Source: an uncultured Myxococcales bacterium (lineage in GTDB: Bacteria; Myxococcota_A; UBA9042; CAIXZC01). From it: a stretch of DNA of 64,000 nucleotides. The first letter of the stretch is position 1, and every line of letters begins with the position of its first letter. This document shows, piece by piece, positions 39,501 through 46,608 of the stretch. The translations under genes were made by a program, and so were the position numbers. The notes under the pieces were generated by a model. That model was given only the letters and a program-made list of their open reading frames with translations. It did not search any database and was not told where the DNA came from. Location: assembly GCA_964522395.1 (NCBI GenBank), contig CAZFVN010000002.1, forward strand, positions 43,644 to 107,643, given 5' to 3'.

Positions 39501-40076
39501 CAACTGGCCGTCAGCGTGAAGGCACCATTCACGCCGCGCACCTACATCAAGAAGGGGGACTGCATTACTGGCGAGGTTGCGGGTTGCGGAACTGATTCCT
39601 GGCAATCCAAGGTCCTGGAACCGGGTACTTACTACTTCTATATCGATGGCGATGGCAATCTGCAGAAGGGTGATTTCTCCTTTACGTTGACGCCCTCTCC
39701 GCCGGGACCCCCGGCTAACGATAGCTGTGCTGGCCCAATGTCCCTGGTCTTCCAAGACGGCACCGCCCAGGTCAATGAAATGAGTCTCTTTGCCACGGAC
39801 ACTTACTCGGCAGTTTGTGGTGGAACTGGTGCTCCGGACCTTGTCTATACCTTCAATGTGGCCCCCAATACCAGCAAACTCACTATCACCGTTGATGGGG
39901 ACTTCGACCCCGCCATCTACGTTACCAAAGACTCGTGCGATGCCAATCCCATCGCCTGCGTTCCACAAGGTTCCTATCAGATGTCCTGGCCCACCCCGGG
40001 CACCTACTACCTATTTGTCGATGGCAAGACCGCTCAGGATAAGGGTCTCTTTACGCTGACTCTAACGACAGAGTAG
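36504..40076 (+). CDS. Array paralog J, short form, about 1190 aa. It is the last copy of the array.
   Basis: The track starts at a GTG at 36495. ATG 36504 gives MKRIAIVSGLLVLLLSFAAQA|AAPAAL. The C-terminal PPC-like domains are the most diverged of the array (TTE end). Confidence 0.8.
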   Translation: MKRIAIVSGLLVLLLSFAAQAAAPAALSYQGFLTDSVGNPVTGTWTITFGLYAAPSGGQELFEESLDVTTDKGLFSVYLGTPDNPLPTASFEAGQLFLALTVETDDGPVTLTPRQQVVSDPYALYAQDAAQLGGEDAEAFVLLQQLPDLCITPDALPAVLADLGITGGGLDEEALAAWLLANSFVDETALAVWLLANGYDPCACYGDEGVAAYLAAEGFVAGPHFSGLYDDLIDSPDLSGFMTADDVAEALSNLGAVLLADGSVALEGDLNFAGYQALNLAVHNSEEAPVEPVAGQLWWDSGDAMLKIYDGDDWGSVGTGVAEDVACPECVDADDVAFTFAAADQKGGASLNVNCFQCINADEVSFAWAKGVLPGGDAEHSLTADLATSALTAELAQDVECPGCVNAGDIDPNALDSKVVKYDGAGSGLGSNSVQGAIDELASSGSGDLNEGNGTIVPYVQQWGLPAYGKAENHIHLMNPSQPKVVAHVYASESTSFATSNNLVVAYNHTPNQYSEVSQGTAGDTALEVNNPSIFNYGNHILVHQSVGTGGNGAGAGNWELNQVIGVNGNTLLLAKPLEKTYSSGDCDDGRAQAVVAASYNLLEVVSGGNIMANETFYSGGESRGGIVYVRARKIVVKSGGKIQVDGRGFYGANSYECGPPRVTEKGHSECNVCDNLVSFYGTAPNCSGGGGGNHNCWYPGKGGGGGGGNKTAGKDGVGSEPGKGGLTKGDANLATLQFGGGGGRAMHTNAGHGGGIIVLGAETIIVEPGGSITANGSAGVNDGNGNYAAGGGGGGGTVALFADQVMNEGTIVAAGGKGGTAPQGNGGDGGEGWVVQKDPISGVVNESYPKGLEIYVDGQEVTPLVGDPNGKGAPSWDAEVGKWGADGLTEWNTGPLDLTSVANWTLGEHTIALHETGGAGGELKLYLYVIYPFTKSSVPGNDTCDGPTFLNLANPVTVSGTTEDIMGKIKATDASQAQFCGGSGGPDAIYAFTLDDWRQLAVSVKAPFTPRTYIKKGDCITGEVAGCGTDSWQSKVLEPGTYYFYIDGDGNLQKGDFSFTLTPSPPGPPANDSCAGPMSLVFQDGTAQVNEMSLFATDTYSAVCGGTGAPDLVYTFNVAPNTSKLTITVDGDFDPAIYVTKDSCDANPIACVPQGSYQMSWPTPGTYYLFVDGKTAQDKGLFTLTLTTE

Positions 40077-40122
40077 AGTCAACACCTGCCTGGGGAGGAA
40101 TCCACACGACAGGGGGAAGGCT

Positions 40123-42078
40123 TTACGCTCCTGGAGAGAAGACGAAGGGCCAGCGAATGATGCACATACCGCCCTTGGGAGGCTGGAAGTGGATCTTTCC
40201 GATGATCTTGGAGATGCACCTATCCAGCTTCTTGTTTCCGGTGGAGTTCTGCACGGCTTTTACGCCTTTGACTCGGCCAGTGAGGTCAATGATCCACTGG
40301 ACCGTCACCTTACCGGCGAGGTCAGGCTTCATTTGGAGTTGCATTTCGTAGCAGGCACGAATGGCTGCTGAACGGCCCTTGACTTTGCGCTGCACGTCAT
40401 TCTTCTTGCAGAACTGACCCATGGAGCCGGAGCCGAGTTTGACGCGGGAGGCCCGCTTCCGGTCACGGCCCTTGAGGCTGGCCAGCGCCATTCGGCCGGA
40501 GCGATTGGCATCAGCTCCGCCAATTCCACCCGGCAAGCCGCCGCCCATTCCGCCCATACCGCCCAGACCGAAAGCACCGCCGCCACCGAAGCCGCCGCCC
40601 CCACCGCCAAATCCGCCGGCACCGCCGAAGCCGCCACCGCCACCGTAGTCACCGGTACCGCCCGAGCTGCCCATGTAGGAGAAGTCGTTGTCACCTTCGT
40701 TGTTCAACTGATACTGACCATCCTCACCCCAAACAACATTCTTGACCGCCAGATTACGGTCCTTACCGAGCAGTTTGGAGAGGGAAGTGTTCTTCTTCAT
40801 CTTGCTGTCGAGTACCGCGATAACGCCCTTCTTCTTCAATTCCTTGGCGAGCTTCGAGTCACGCTTGGCATCCCGCCCGATGTGCCCTTCTTTCATGGGC
40901 TTGAAGTCTTCGTCCTTCTTGGGGATGTCCACGGCCTTCTTAAGCGGGTCTCCTGCATCCTCAAGCTTCTGCTCGACGGTGGGAGTATCCTCGATCTCTT
41001 CCTCGAGCTTCTCTTCTTCGGGCATCTTCTCGAGTTCTTTCTCTTCCTCTTCCTTCTTGGCCTGCTCTTCCTTCTTCTGGCGTTCCTTCTTCTTCATGTC
41101 GCGCTTGACGTCGATCTTAATGAAGCGACGCAGTTCTTCCTGGCTCTTGACTCGCACTGATACGGGGCGAGGGGAAACGACGATTGCCATCAGAAATGCG
41201 ATCTGGATGGCTGCGGAGAGGAGCGCTGAGGATGCCATTCCGCGGTCGAAGTTGCGCAGTGAACTGGGGGTCCTGACGTTGGCAGGTTCAGTAAATTGGA
41301 AGAAGAGGGAGAGTTCGCCAAACTTGAAAACGCCCGAGTCGCCCGGATTGACGGTGACGTAATCGGTGCCACTGGTATTGGCAGTGTTTTCCTTCTTGTA
41401 TTCGGCAACTGATGCGGTTTTGTCACCGATTGTGATTCGCCCATCAAGGGCCTTGTCGAGGCCAACCGCGTAACTGTCCGTTCGGCCACCCTTGTGGCGG
41501 ATGAGGGTCAGCTTGTCAAAGGAGGCGGGCAAGGGAAACATGTTCTTGAGGTCGGAACCGACCGTGACGCTCTGACCTTCGTTGAAGACCCGTTCCTTGA
41601 TGATCGTATCTTTCCAGAGAAGAGCGACCCGCAAGAACTGCGTTCCTTTTGGGTAGCGAGGGTTGGCACCAATGGTCTTGAGACTACCAAAGAGTGCCAG
41701 CAGGCTTCCCAACCAGAGAAGGTAGAAGCCGAGTCCACCTTGCATGAAGCCGGTAAACTGACCTCCTTCATCAAAGGGGAGCTGATGTATATCTTTGTAT
41801 ATGAGCGGAGCCTTGAAGGAAATGTAGACAAAGATTCCCATCGCGGCCGAGGAGAGGATTACGTTGACCAGGGCGGCCTGTTTGTGCTTGCGGAAGTAAA
41901 ATCCGACCAGCGCTACCGGTACCATAAGCCCGGCAAAGAGAACGACGAGGTTGCCCATTCCCGCTTCCATGAGCATCGCCTGTTTCCCTTCGTACACCAT
42001 GTCGTACAGGGGGAATCCGAGAGCTCCGGCGATTAATATTATCGCTCCAATGACTGCAACAGTCTGTCCGACTTTCAT
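40123..42078 (-). CDS. Polytopic membrane protein, 651 aa. It has an FHA-like segment, a Lys/Glu-rich coiled coil, a (GGF/GGM)n glycine-rich linker and a C-terminal TonB-C/AgmX-PglI-like domain.
   Basis: Four N-terminal hydrophobic helices. KKKERQKKEEQAKKEEEEKELEK low-complexity segment. GGFGGAGGFGGGGGGFGGGGAFGLGGMGGMGGG stretch. The C-terminal segment AAIRACYEMQLQ...VTVQWIIDLTGRVKGVKAV...CISKIIGKIHFQPP resembles TonB C-terminal or AgmX/PglI C-terminal domains of Myxococcus gliding proteins. This is from memory and not verified. Confidence 0.55.
   Translation of the reverse strand: MKVGQTVAVIGAIILIAGALGFPLYDMVYEGKQAMLMEAGMGNLVVLFAGLMVPVALVGFYFRKHKQAALVNVILSSAAMGIFVYISFKAPLIYKDIHQLPFDEGGQFTGFMQGGLGFYLLWLGSLLALFGSLKTIGANPRYPKGTQFLRVALLWKDTIIKERVFNEGQSVTVGSDLKNMFPLPASFDKLTLIRHKGGRTDSYAVGLDKALDGRITIGDKTASVAEYKKENTANTSGTDYVTVNPGDSGVFKFGELSLFFQFTEPANVRTPSSLRNFDRGMASSALLSAAIQIAFLMAIVVSPRPVSVRVKSQEELRRFIKIDVKRDMKKKERQKKEEQAKKEEEEKELEKMPEEEKLEEEIEDTPTVEQKLEDAGDPLKKAVDIPKKDEDFKPMKEGHIGRDAKRDSKLAKELKKKGVIAVLDSKMKKNTSLSKLLGKDRNLAVKNVVWGEDGQYQLNNEGDNDFSYMGSSGGTGDYGGGGGFGGAGGFGGGGGGFGGGGAFGLGGMGGMGGGLPGGIGGADANRSGRMALASLKGRDRKRASRVKLGSGSMGQFCKKNDVQRKVKGRSAAIRACYEMQLQMKPDLAGKVTVQWIIDLTGRVKGVKAVQNSTGNKKLDRCISKIIGKIHFQPPKGGMCIIRWPFVFSPGA
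40440..40690 (-). repeat. Low-complexity coding repeat (GGF/GGA/GGM)n within the 40123-42078 gene.
   Basis: The + strand reads ccgcc/gccacc/gaagcc reiterations encoding GGFGGAGGFGGGGGGFGGGGAFGLGGMGGMGGG. Confidence 0.6.
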
Positions 42079-42125
42079 GTTCTACCCTTCATTTCAATGG
42101 CATCAGAGGCCAACAACAACGGCCT

Positions 42126-42154
42126 ATGATATTTTTGTAGTTCCCACGTGTCAA
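42126..42154 (-). promoter_or_regulatory. Candidate sigma70-type promoter for the 40123-42078 gene, read on the - strand as TTGACA, a 17-nt spacer, then TATCAT.
   Basis: The + strand reads atgata (42126-42131) ... tgtcaa (42149-42154). On the - strand this is TTGACAcgtgggaactacaaaaaTATCAT, about 45 nt upstream of the start codon. The RBS is GAAGGG. Confidence 0.4.
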
Positions 42155-42252
42155 GCTCAAAACCCGGCGACCGATGGGCCCATCTCGGTGCGTCAGGGGC
42201 GGGTTAGACACGGGGGGGCACATGGGGTTCCCGAGTAAGTGAAAAAAAACGC

Positions 42253-42993
42253 CTAATTGCCGCGATTAAAATCCTCCTCTGGGAAGCTCCCCAGTGCGTC
42301 AGGTAGCTCCCAATCACTCCTCTTTTCCAGGACCAGCAGTGTCAGCACAGCTTGAGCACGGCCAGAGTCCCCATGGCGTTGGTAGAAGCGGGCCAGCCGA
42401 GCAACGTTCTTTCGACGATCGGTACCGTGAAGTGCGAGGTATCTGAGCAATTCCTCGGCATCGGCCAAATGCCCGAGCTTCTCCGAAATTCTGGCGAGCC
42501 GACCTCGGACCGCCAAATTAGTGGGGGATAGATACTGTGCCCTTTTGAGATAGAGTCGAGCTTCTCCCTCTCGTCCTTCGGCGATCAGAACATCGGCCAG
42601 CTCGATCATGGGGACTACCGCTCCCCGCGCAGCTTTGATAGCAGACTCAAAAGAGCTGACGGCCTTCTTTGCGTCTCCTTCGTGGCGGTACCAACGTCCC
42701 ATGGCGAGATGGATGACATAGAGGTTATCCCGGCTGGCTTGGGCACGAGAGAGCAAATAGAATGCATCTCGGTATCGGCCCCGACTCATGTCGCAAAGCG
42801 CCTTCTTGTACGCCGGATACCACCACTCGGGGGCAACGACCACAGCCATTTCGTATTGTCGGCATGCGGCCTCTACTCTACCCAGTTCGCTCTGCGCATC
42901 GCCCCGTTCCAGCGCAGTGCGGGCAATAGTCACCGGGTCATCAGCGGATACGAAACCAGGAGCTAGAACAATGCCGAGGGCAAGTAACATCAC
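42253..42993 (-). CDS. Secreted tetratricopeptide-repeat protein, 246 aa.
   Basis: Signal peptide MMLLALGIVLAPGFVSADD. Repeated W/Y-A-L-G-x-A helix-pair pattern typical of TPR (YKKALCDMSRGRYRDAFYLL, AMGRWYRHEGDAKKAVSSFESAI). Confidence 0.6.
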   Translation of the reverse strand: MMLLALGIVLAPGFVSADDPVTIARTALERGDAQSELGRVEAACRQYEMAVVVAPEWWYPAYKKALCDMSRGRYRDAFYLLSRAQASRDNLYVIHLAMGRWYRHEGDAKKAVSSFESAIKAARGAVVPMIELADVLIAEGREGEARLYLKRAQYLSPTNLAVRGRLARISEKLGHLADAEELLRYLALHGTDRRKNVARLARFYQRHGDSGRAQAVLTLLVLEKRSDWELPDALGSFPEEDFNRGN

Positions 42994-43028
42994 GGGGGAA
43001 AGGAAGAAGAGACGGCAGCAAGAAGAAC

Positions 43029-44162
43029 TCAGAAGGTCACCCCAAAAGTGGCCCCCGTGAAACTGGGAGAAAAATGGGGTTGGAAAGCGGTCTTTGGTGA
43101 AGTTGTGCCCTCAGGGCCGTCGCTGATGTCAAGTACGAGAATGGTCACCGCGGCTACCGCAGAAGCGCCAGCCACGCCGGCTAGCACCGTTGATATAAGG
43201 GCATTCCGGTCCCCTCTCTCAGTGATCGGGTCCAACTCGTCGAAGAAGGTCTCCTGGGTGACATCGCAAGTAGTGCCGTTCGAGCAATGCTCGTCAATGA
43301 GGTCGTTGGCATCCGTCTCAGCTTTCTTCATGCGAGTGTACATGTAGAAGCTACCGCCTCCAGCAAGGAGTGCGACGCCGCCAAGTACCGAAGTGGCAAC
43401 TATGGTCCCCGTCGTGATATTGCCAGGCTCGTCGCCCGTTTTCGGGGGTGGCGTAATTGGGTCAACCGGCGGCTTGCCACCTGCTTTGGCCAGGGCAAGC
43501 TTGGCCTGACATGGAGCTTTGACGCTGCAATTGACAGTCACTTCGCCGGCTTTGAAACCGTCAGCCGTGGCCGCCACTACATGCTTCCCAGCAACTACGC
43601 TGACTGGCTTACTAGAGTCGGTCACGGCTTTACCGTCCAATGTAATGGCGGCACCCGCTGGCTGGACGGCAAAGGTCAAGGTTGCGGTTCGTGGCTGCAG
43701 AGCCCACTTGGCAACCTGCTCCATCTCTTCAATCAGCTTGCCGACATCCCCTTCCACCCGTTGCCGGTAGGGCTTCTCTTTCTCCGCTCCGGCTGCCACC
43801 AGCCAGACCTCCAGGCGATAGCCGTTGGCTGCCTTGCCAACCTTGCCAAACAGAACCAGATTGAGGCCAAGTTCGGTGGCGGCGGCGCGCACACATGATA
43901 CCTCGCTCACACAGGTACCGCCCGACTTGGCAGTGCGCTCGGAGAGGGAGTTCCGAAAGGTCTCTTTTCCCTGGACGCGGTAGCCCCGGTTACTCTTCTC
44001 AATGACCGAGCTAATGAGAACCTCAGTGAGGTCGTCGGCCAACTCCCGGTCCATGTCGCTTTCAGGCAGTAGCAGCACCGCAGCGGATCGCTCCGTCGCA
44101 CCGGCCAGACCGGACAGTGATAAAACTGCCATCAGCAGGGCGGCAAAGATTCTCAGAGCCAT
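43029..44162 (-). CDS. Secreted or envelope protein of 377 aa with a PEGA-like beta-sandwich segment and a C-terminal Phe.
   Basis: Signal peptide MALRIFAALLMAVLSLSGLAGA. AGKHVVAATADGFKAGEVTVN resembles a PEGA domain. It ends ...FGVTF, as in outer-membrane beta-barrel C-terminal strands. The function is unknown. Confidence 0.45.
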   Translation of the reverse strand: MALRIFAALLMAVLSLSGLAGATERSAAVLLLPESDMDRELADDLTEVLISSVIEKSNRGYRVQGKETFRNSLSERTAKSGGTCVSEVSCVRAAATELGLNLVLFGKVGKAANGYRLEVWLVAAGAEKEKPYRQRVEGDVGKLIEEMEQVAKWALQPRTATLTFAVQPAGAAITLDGKAVTDSSKPVSVVAGKHVVAATADGFKAGEVTVNCSVKAPCQAKLALAKAGGKPPVDPITPPPKTGDEPGNITTGTIVATSVLGGVALLAGGGSFYMYTRMKKAETDANDLIDEHCSNGTTCDVTQETFFDELDPITERGDRNALISTVLAGVAGASAVAAVTILVLDISDGPEGTTSPKTAFQPHFSPSFTGATFGVTF

Positions 44163-44309
44163 AGGTAGAACCTCGTTTAGTACCGCCCTAGAATAGAGAA
44201 GGGTTAGATCCTTGTCAAATAACGTGCATGCACTGCGCGTGCGCGAGCGCGACTTTCATTTGACATCCCCTCAGCCAACGATTAGGTTTCGGCGGCGGAG
44301 GCGCTGTAT

Positions 44310-44918
44310 ATGCTGTTGACCATCGACCGTATGGACCCGGAACACTGGCTGGTTGCACAGGTGGTCCGTACTTTGCAAAATGGCGGCGTGGTGGTCATTC
44401 CTACCGATACTGTATACGGCGTGGTGTGCGATATTGAATGTGATGTGGCTGCTGAGCGCATCTATCGTCTCAAGGGCATGGATTCCAAGAAGCTCCTTTC
44501 GATTCTCTGTTCTGACCTTGCCATGGCAGCTCAGTATACGCGGGGAATTCCCAATACCCTCTTTCGTGTTGTTCGTAGGAAGCTGCCTGGGCCCTACACC
44601 TTCATCTTGCCGGCCTCCAAAGAGTTGCCTCGCATTATGCGCAAGCACCGGAAGACGGTAGGGATACGGGTGCCGGATTGCCCATTCACGCTGGAGTTGA
44701 TAGCTCAGTTCCAGCGACCTCTTCTCACTACCTCCGTAGCTCTATCGCCAGGCGAGTGGCTGCTAGACCCCTTCACCATTGAGGAGGAGTACGGTAATAG
44801 CATCGATCTGGTCGTTGACGGTGGGGCCCTGTTTCCGGAGCCCTCCACAGTTATTGACTTCTCAAGTCTCGACCCGGAGGTAGTACGGGAGGGCAAGGGG
44901 CCCGTGGATTTCCTCTAG
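44310..44918 (+). CDS. tsaC: L-threonylcarbamoyladenylate synthase (TsaC/YrdC family, t6A biosynthesis).
   Basis: 202 aa. The N-terminal motif VVVIPTDTVYGVVCD is the hallmark YrdC/Sua5 fold motif. The size fits a single-domain TsaC. Confidence 0.75.
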   Translation: MLLTIDRMDPEHWLVAQVVRTLQNGGVVVIPTDTVYGVVCDIECDVAAERIYRLKGMDSKKLLSILCSDLAMAAQYTRGIPNTLFRVVRRKLPGPYTFILPASKELPRIMRKHRKTVGIRVPDCPFTLELIAQFQRPLLTTSVALSPGEWLLDPFTIEEEYGNSIDLVVDGGALFPEPSTVIDFSSLDPEVVREGKGPVDFL

Positions 44919-44932
44919 GGCAGGAGCCTATC

Positions 44933-46543
44933 GTGGAGCAAGGTTACGACGTTCTGATTCTTGGCAGCGGGATCGCCGGTCTGACGGCGGCGCTCGCGGT
45001 GGCGGATCAGGCCCGCTGCCTCGTCCTCTCCAAGGCATCGAGCGAAGAGACCAATACGGTGAGAGCCCAGGGGGGCATTGCCTCGGTCTTTGCCAAGGAC
45101 GATTCCTTCGACCTCCACATCGAGGACACGCTGGCGGCCGGTGCCGGTCTTAGTGACGAGGGTACCGTCCGTCGCTGCGTCCAGGAGGGGCCGGAACAGA
45201 TTCGCTGGCTGGCTGGCCTTGGCGTCGGCTTCGCACCGGCTGATAACGGGGTCACCGGGGCTTTCGACCTGAGTCGCGAGGGAGGCCATTCGAGGCGGCG
45301 TGTTGTCCATGCCAAAGATACGACGGGGCGAGCCGTTGAAGAGGTACTCCTAGAGCAAGTGCAAGCACATCCCAATATCACTTTGCGCGAGCGAGCCATG
45401 GGAGTCGACCTGGTCACTCTGCGCAAGGTGTCGGGCAATGGCCAGCGCGATCGCTGCATCGGTGCCTACGTCATGGATACTGACTCCGGCGTTATTCAAG
45501 CTGTGGGCGCGTCAGCGACCATCCTCGCCACCGGTGGAGCCGGCAAGGTCTATCTTTACACCAGCAATCCCGACGTCGCCACCGGGGATGGCCTGGCGAT
45601 GGCCTGGAGGGTCGGAGCCGAAGTAGAGAGCATGGAATTCTTTCAGTTCCACCCCACTTGCCTCTACCATCCGCAGGCCAAGAACTTTCTGATCTCTGAG
45701 GCGGTGCGGGGGGAGGGTGGCCAACTGCTCACTCGAGCTGGCCATCGATTCATGCCCGACTACCACGATGCTGCAGAGTTGGCGCCGCGAGACGTCGTGG
45801 CGAGAGCGATTGATGCGGAGCTGAAGAAGTCCGGAGACGACCATGTTCTCCTCGATATCAGCCACAAACGTCCGGCGTTCGTGGAGAATCGCTTTCCCGG
45901 TATCTTTTCCTTCTGTCAGAAGTTGGGAATCGATATTCGCACCGAGCCCATCCCTGTGGTTCCCGCAGCCCACTATCAGTGCGGCGGTATCCGGGTTGAT
46001 GAAAATGGTTGGACCGGTATAGCGGGGCTTTACGCGGCTGGGGAGGTGGCCTGCACCGGCATGCATGGGGCCAATCGACTGGCGTCCAATTCGCTGCTGG
46101 AGGCATTGGTCTATGGCCGTCGTTCAGGGCAGACTGCGCTCAAGTGGCTACGAGACGTGGGAGAGGGACCAAAGGAGCTACCGGCGTGGCATACCGGCAT
46201 GGCGCGCCACCCTGACGAATCGATTGTGATTAGTCAGAATTGGGACGAGATCAGGCGTTTCATGTGGAACTATGTGGGGCTGGTGCGGTCAGACAATCGG
46301 CTCGCCCGCGCCCGACGACGGCTCTCCGCGGTGCGGGAGGAGATCCTCTCGGACTACTGGAGCTTCATCGTCACTCCTGACCTCCTGGAATTGCGCAACC
46401 TCTCTGACGTTGCCTATCTGATCCTCGAGATGGCGAGCATTCGCAAAGAGTCTCGAGGGTTGCACTACAACCTGGACCATCCTGAAACCGATGATCGGAA
46501 CTGGCGGCGTTCGACTATTCTCAGGGGACCCCGGCCACGCTAG
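44933..46543 (+). CDS. nadB: L-aspartate oxidase (NAD biosynthesis).
   Basis: 536 aa with a GTG start after AGGAG. Dinucleotide-binding DVLILGSGIAGLTAALA. RAQGGIA, FQFHPT and ISEAVRGEGG motifs of the NadB/succinate-dehydrogenase flavoprotein family. The length fits NadB rather than SdhA. Confidence 0.8.
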   Translation: MEQGYDVLILGSGIAGLTAALAVADQARCLVLSKASSEETNTVRAQGGIASVFAKDDSFDLHIEDTLAAGAGLSDEGTVRRCVQEGPEQIRWLAGLGVGFAPADNGVTGAFDLSREGGHSRRRVVHAKDTTGRAVEEVLLEQVQAHPNITLRERAMGVDLVTLRKVSGNGQRDRCIGAYVMDTDSGVIQAVGASATILATGGAGKVYLYTSNPDVATGDGLAMAWRVGAEVESMEFFQFHPTCLYHPQAKNFLISEAVRGEGGQLLTRAGHRFMPDYHDAAELAPRDVVARAIDAELKKSGDDHVLLDISHKRPAFVENRFPGIFSFCQKLGIDIRTEPIPVVPAAHYQCGGIRVDENGWTGIAGLYAAGEVACTGMHGANRLASNSLLEALVYGRRSGQTALKWLRDVGEGPKELPAWHTGMARHPDESIVISQNWDEIRRFMWNYVGLVRSDNRLARARRRLSAVREEILSDYWSFIVTPDLLELRNLSDVAYLILEMASIRKESRGLHYNLDHPETDDRNWRRSTILRGPRPR

Positions 46544-46608
46544 AGTACCGCTCAGGCAAGCGACCATGAAGTTCTCATTCAGTGACCGAAATCTGCCCGT
46601 CGGTTGCG

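Noticed and set aside
1-40079. Diversity-generating retroelement or cassette-based antigenic variation system.
   Set aside because: There is no reverse transcriptase, template repeat, invertase or recombinase anywhere in the window. Every copy has its own signal peptide and start codon, so none is a silent cassette. The variation is spread along whole proteins rather than confined to A-rich hypervariable codons.
1-40079. CRISPR array or other short-period DNA repeat explaining the periodicity.
   Set aside because: The periodicity is 3.6-4.2 kb and corresponds to whole protein-coding genes. No 25-40-bp direct repeats with unique spacers were seen.
44163-44309. GC-rich inverted repeat GCGCGTGCGCGAGCGCG and TTGACA boxes in the divergent region between the PEGA-like gene and tsaC, as a regulator binding site or promoters.
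   Set aside because: The boxes lack a convincing -10 partner at proper spacing and the palindrome is imperfect. It is too weak to annotate without transcript data.
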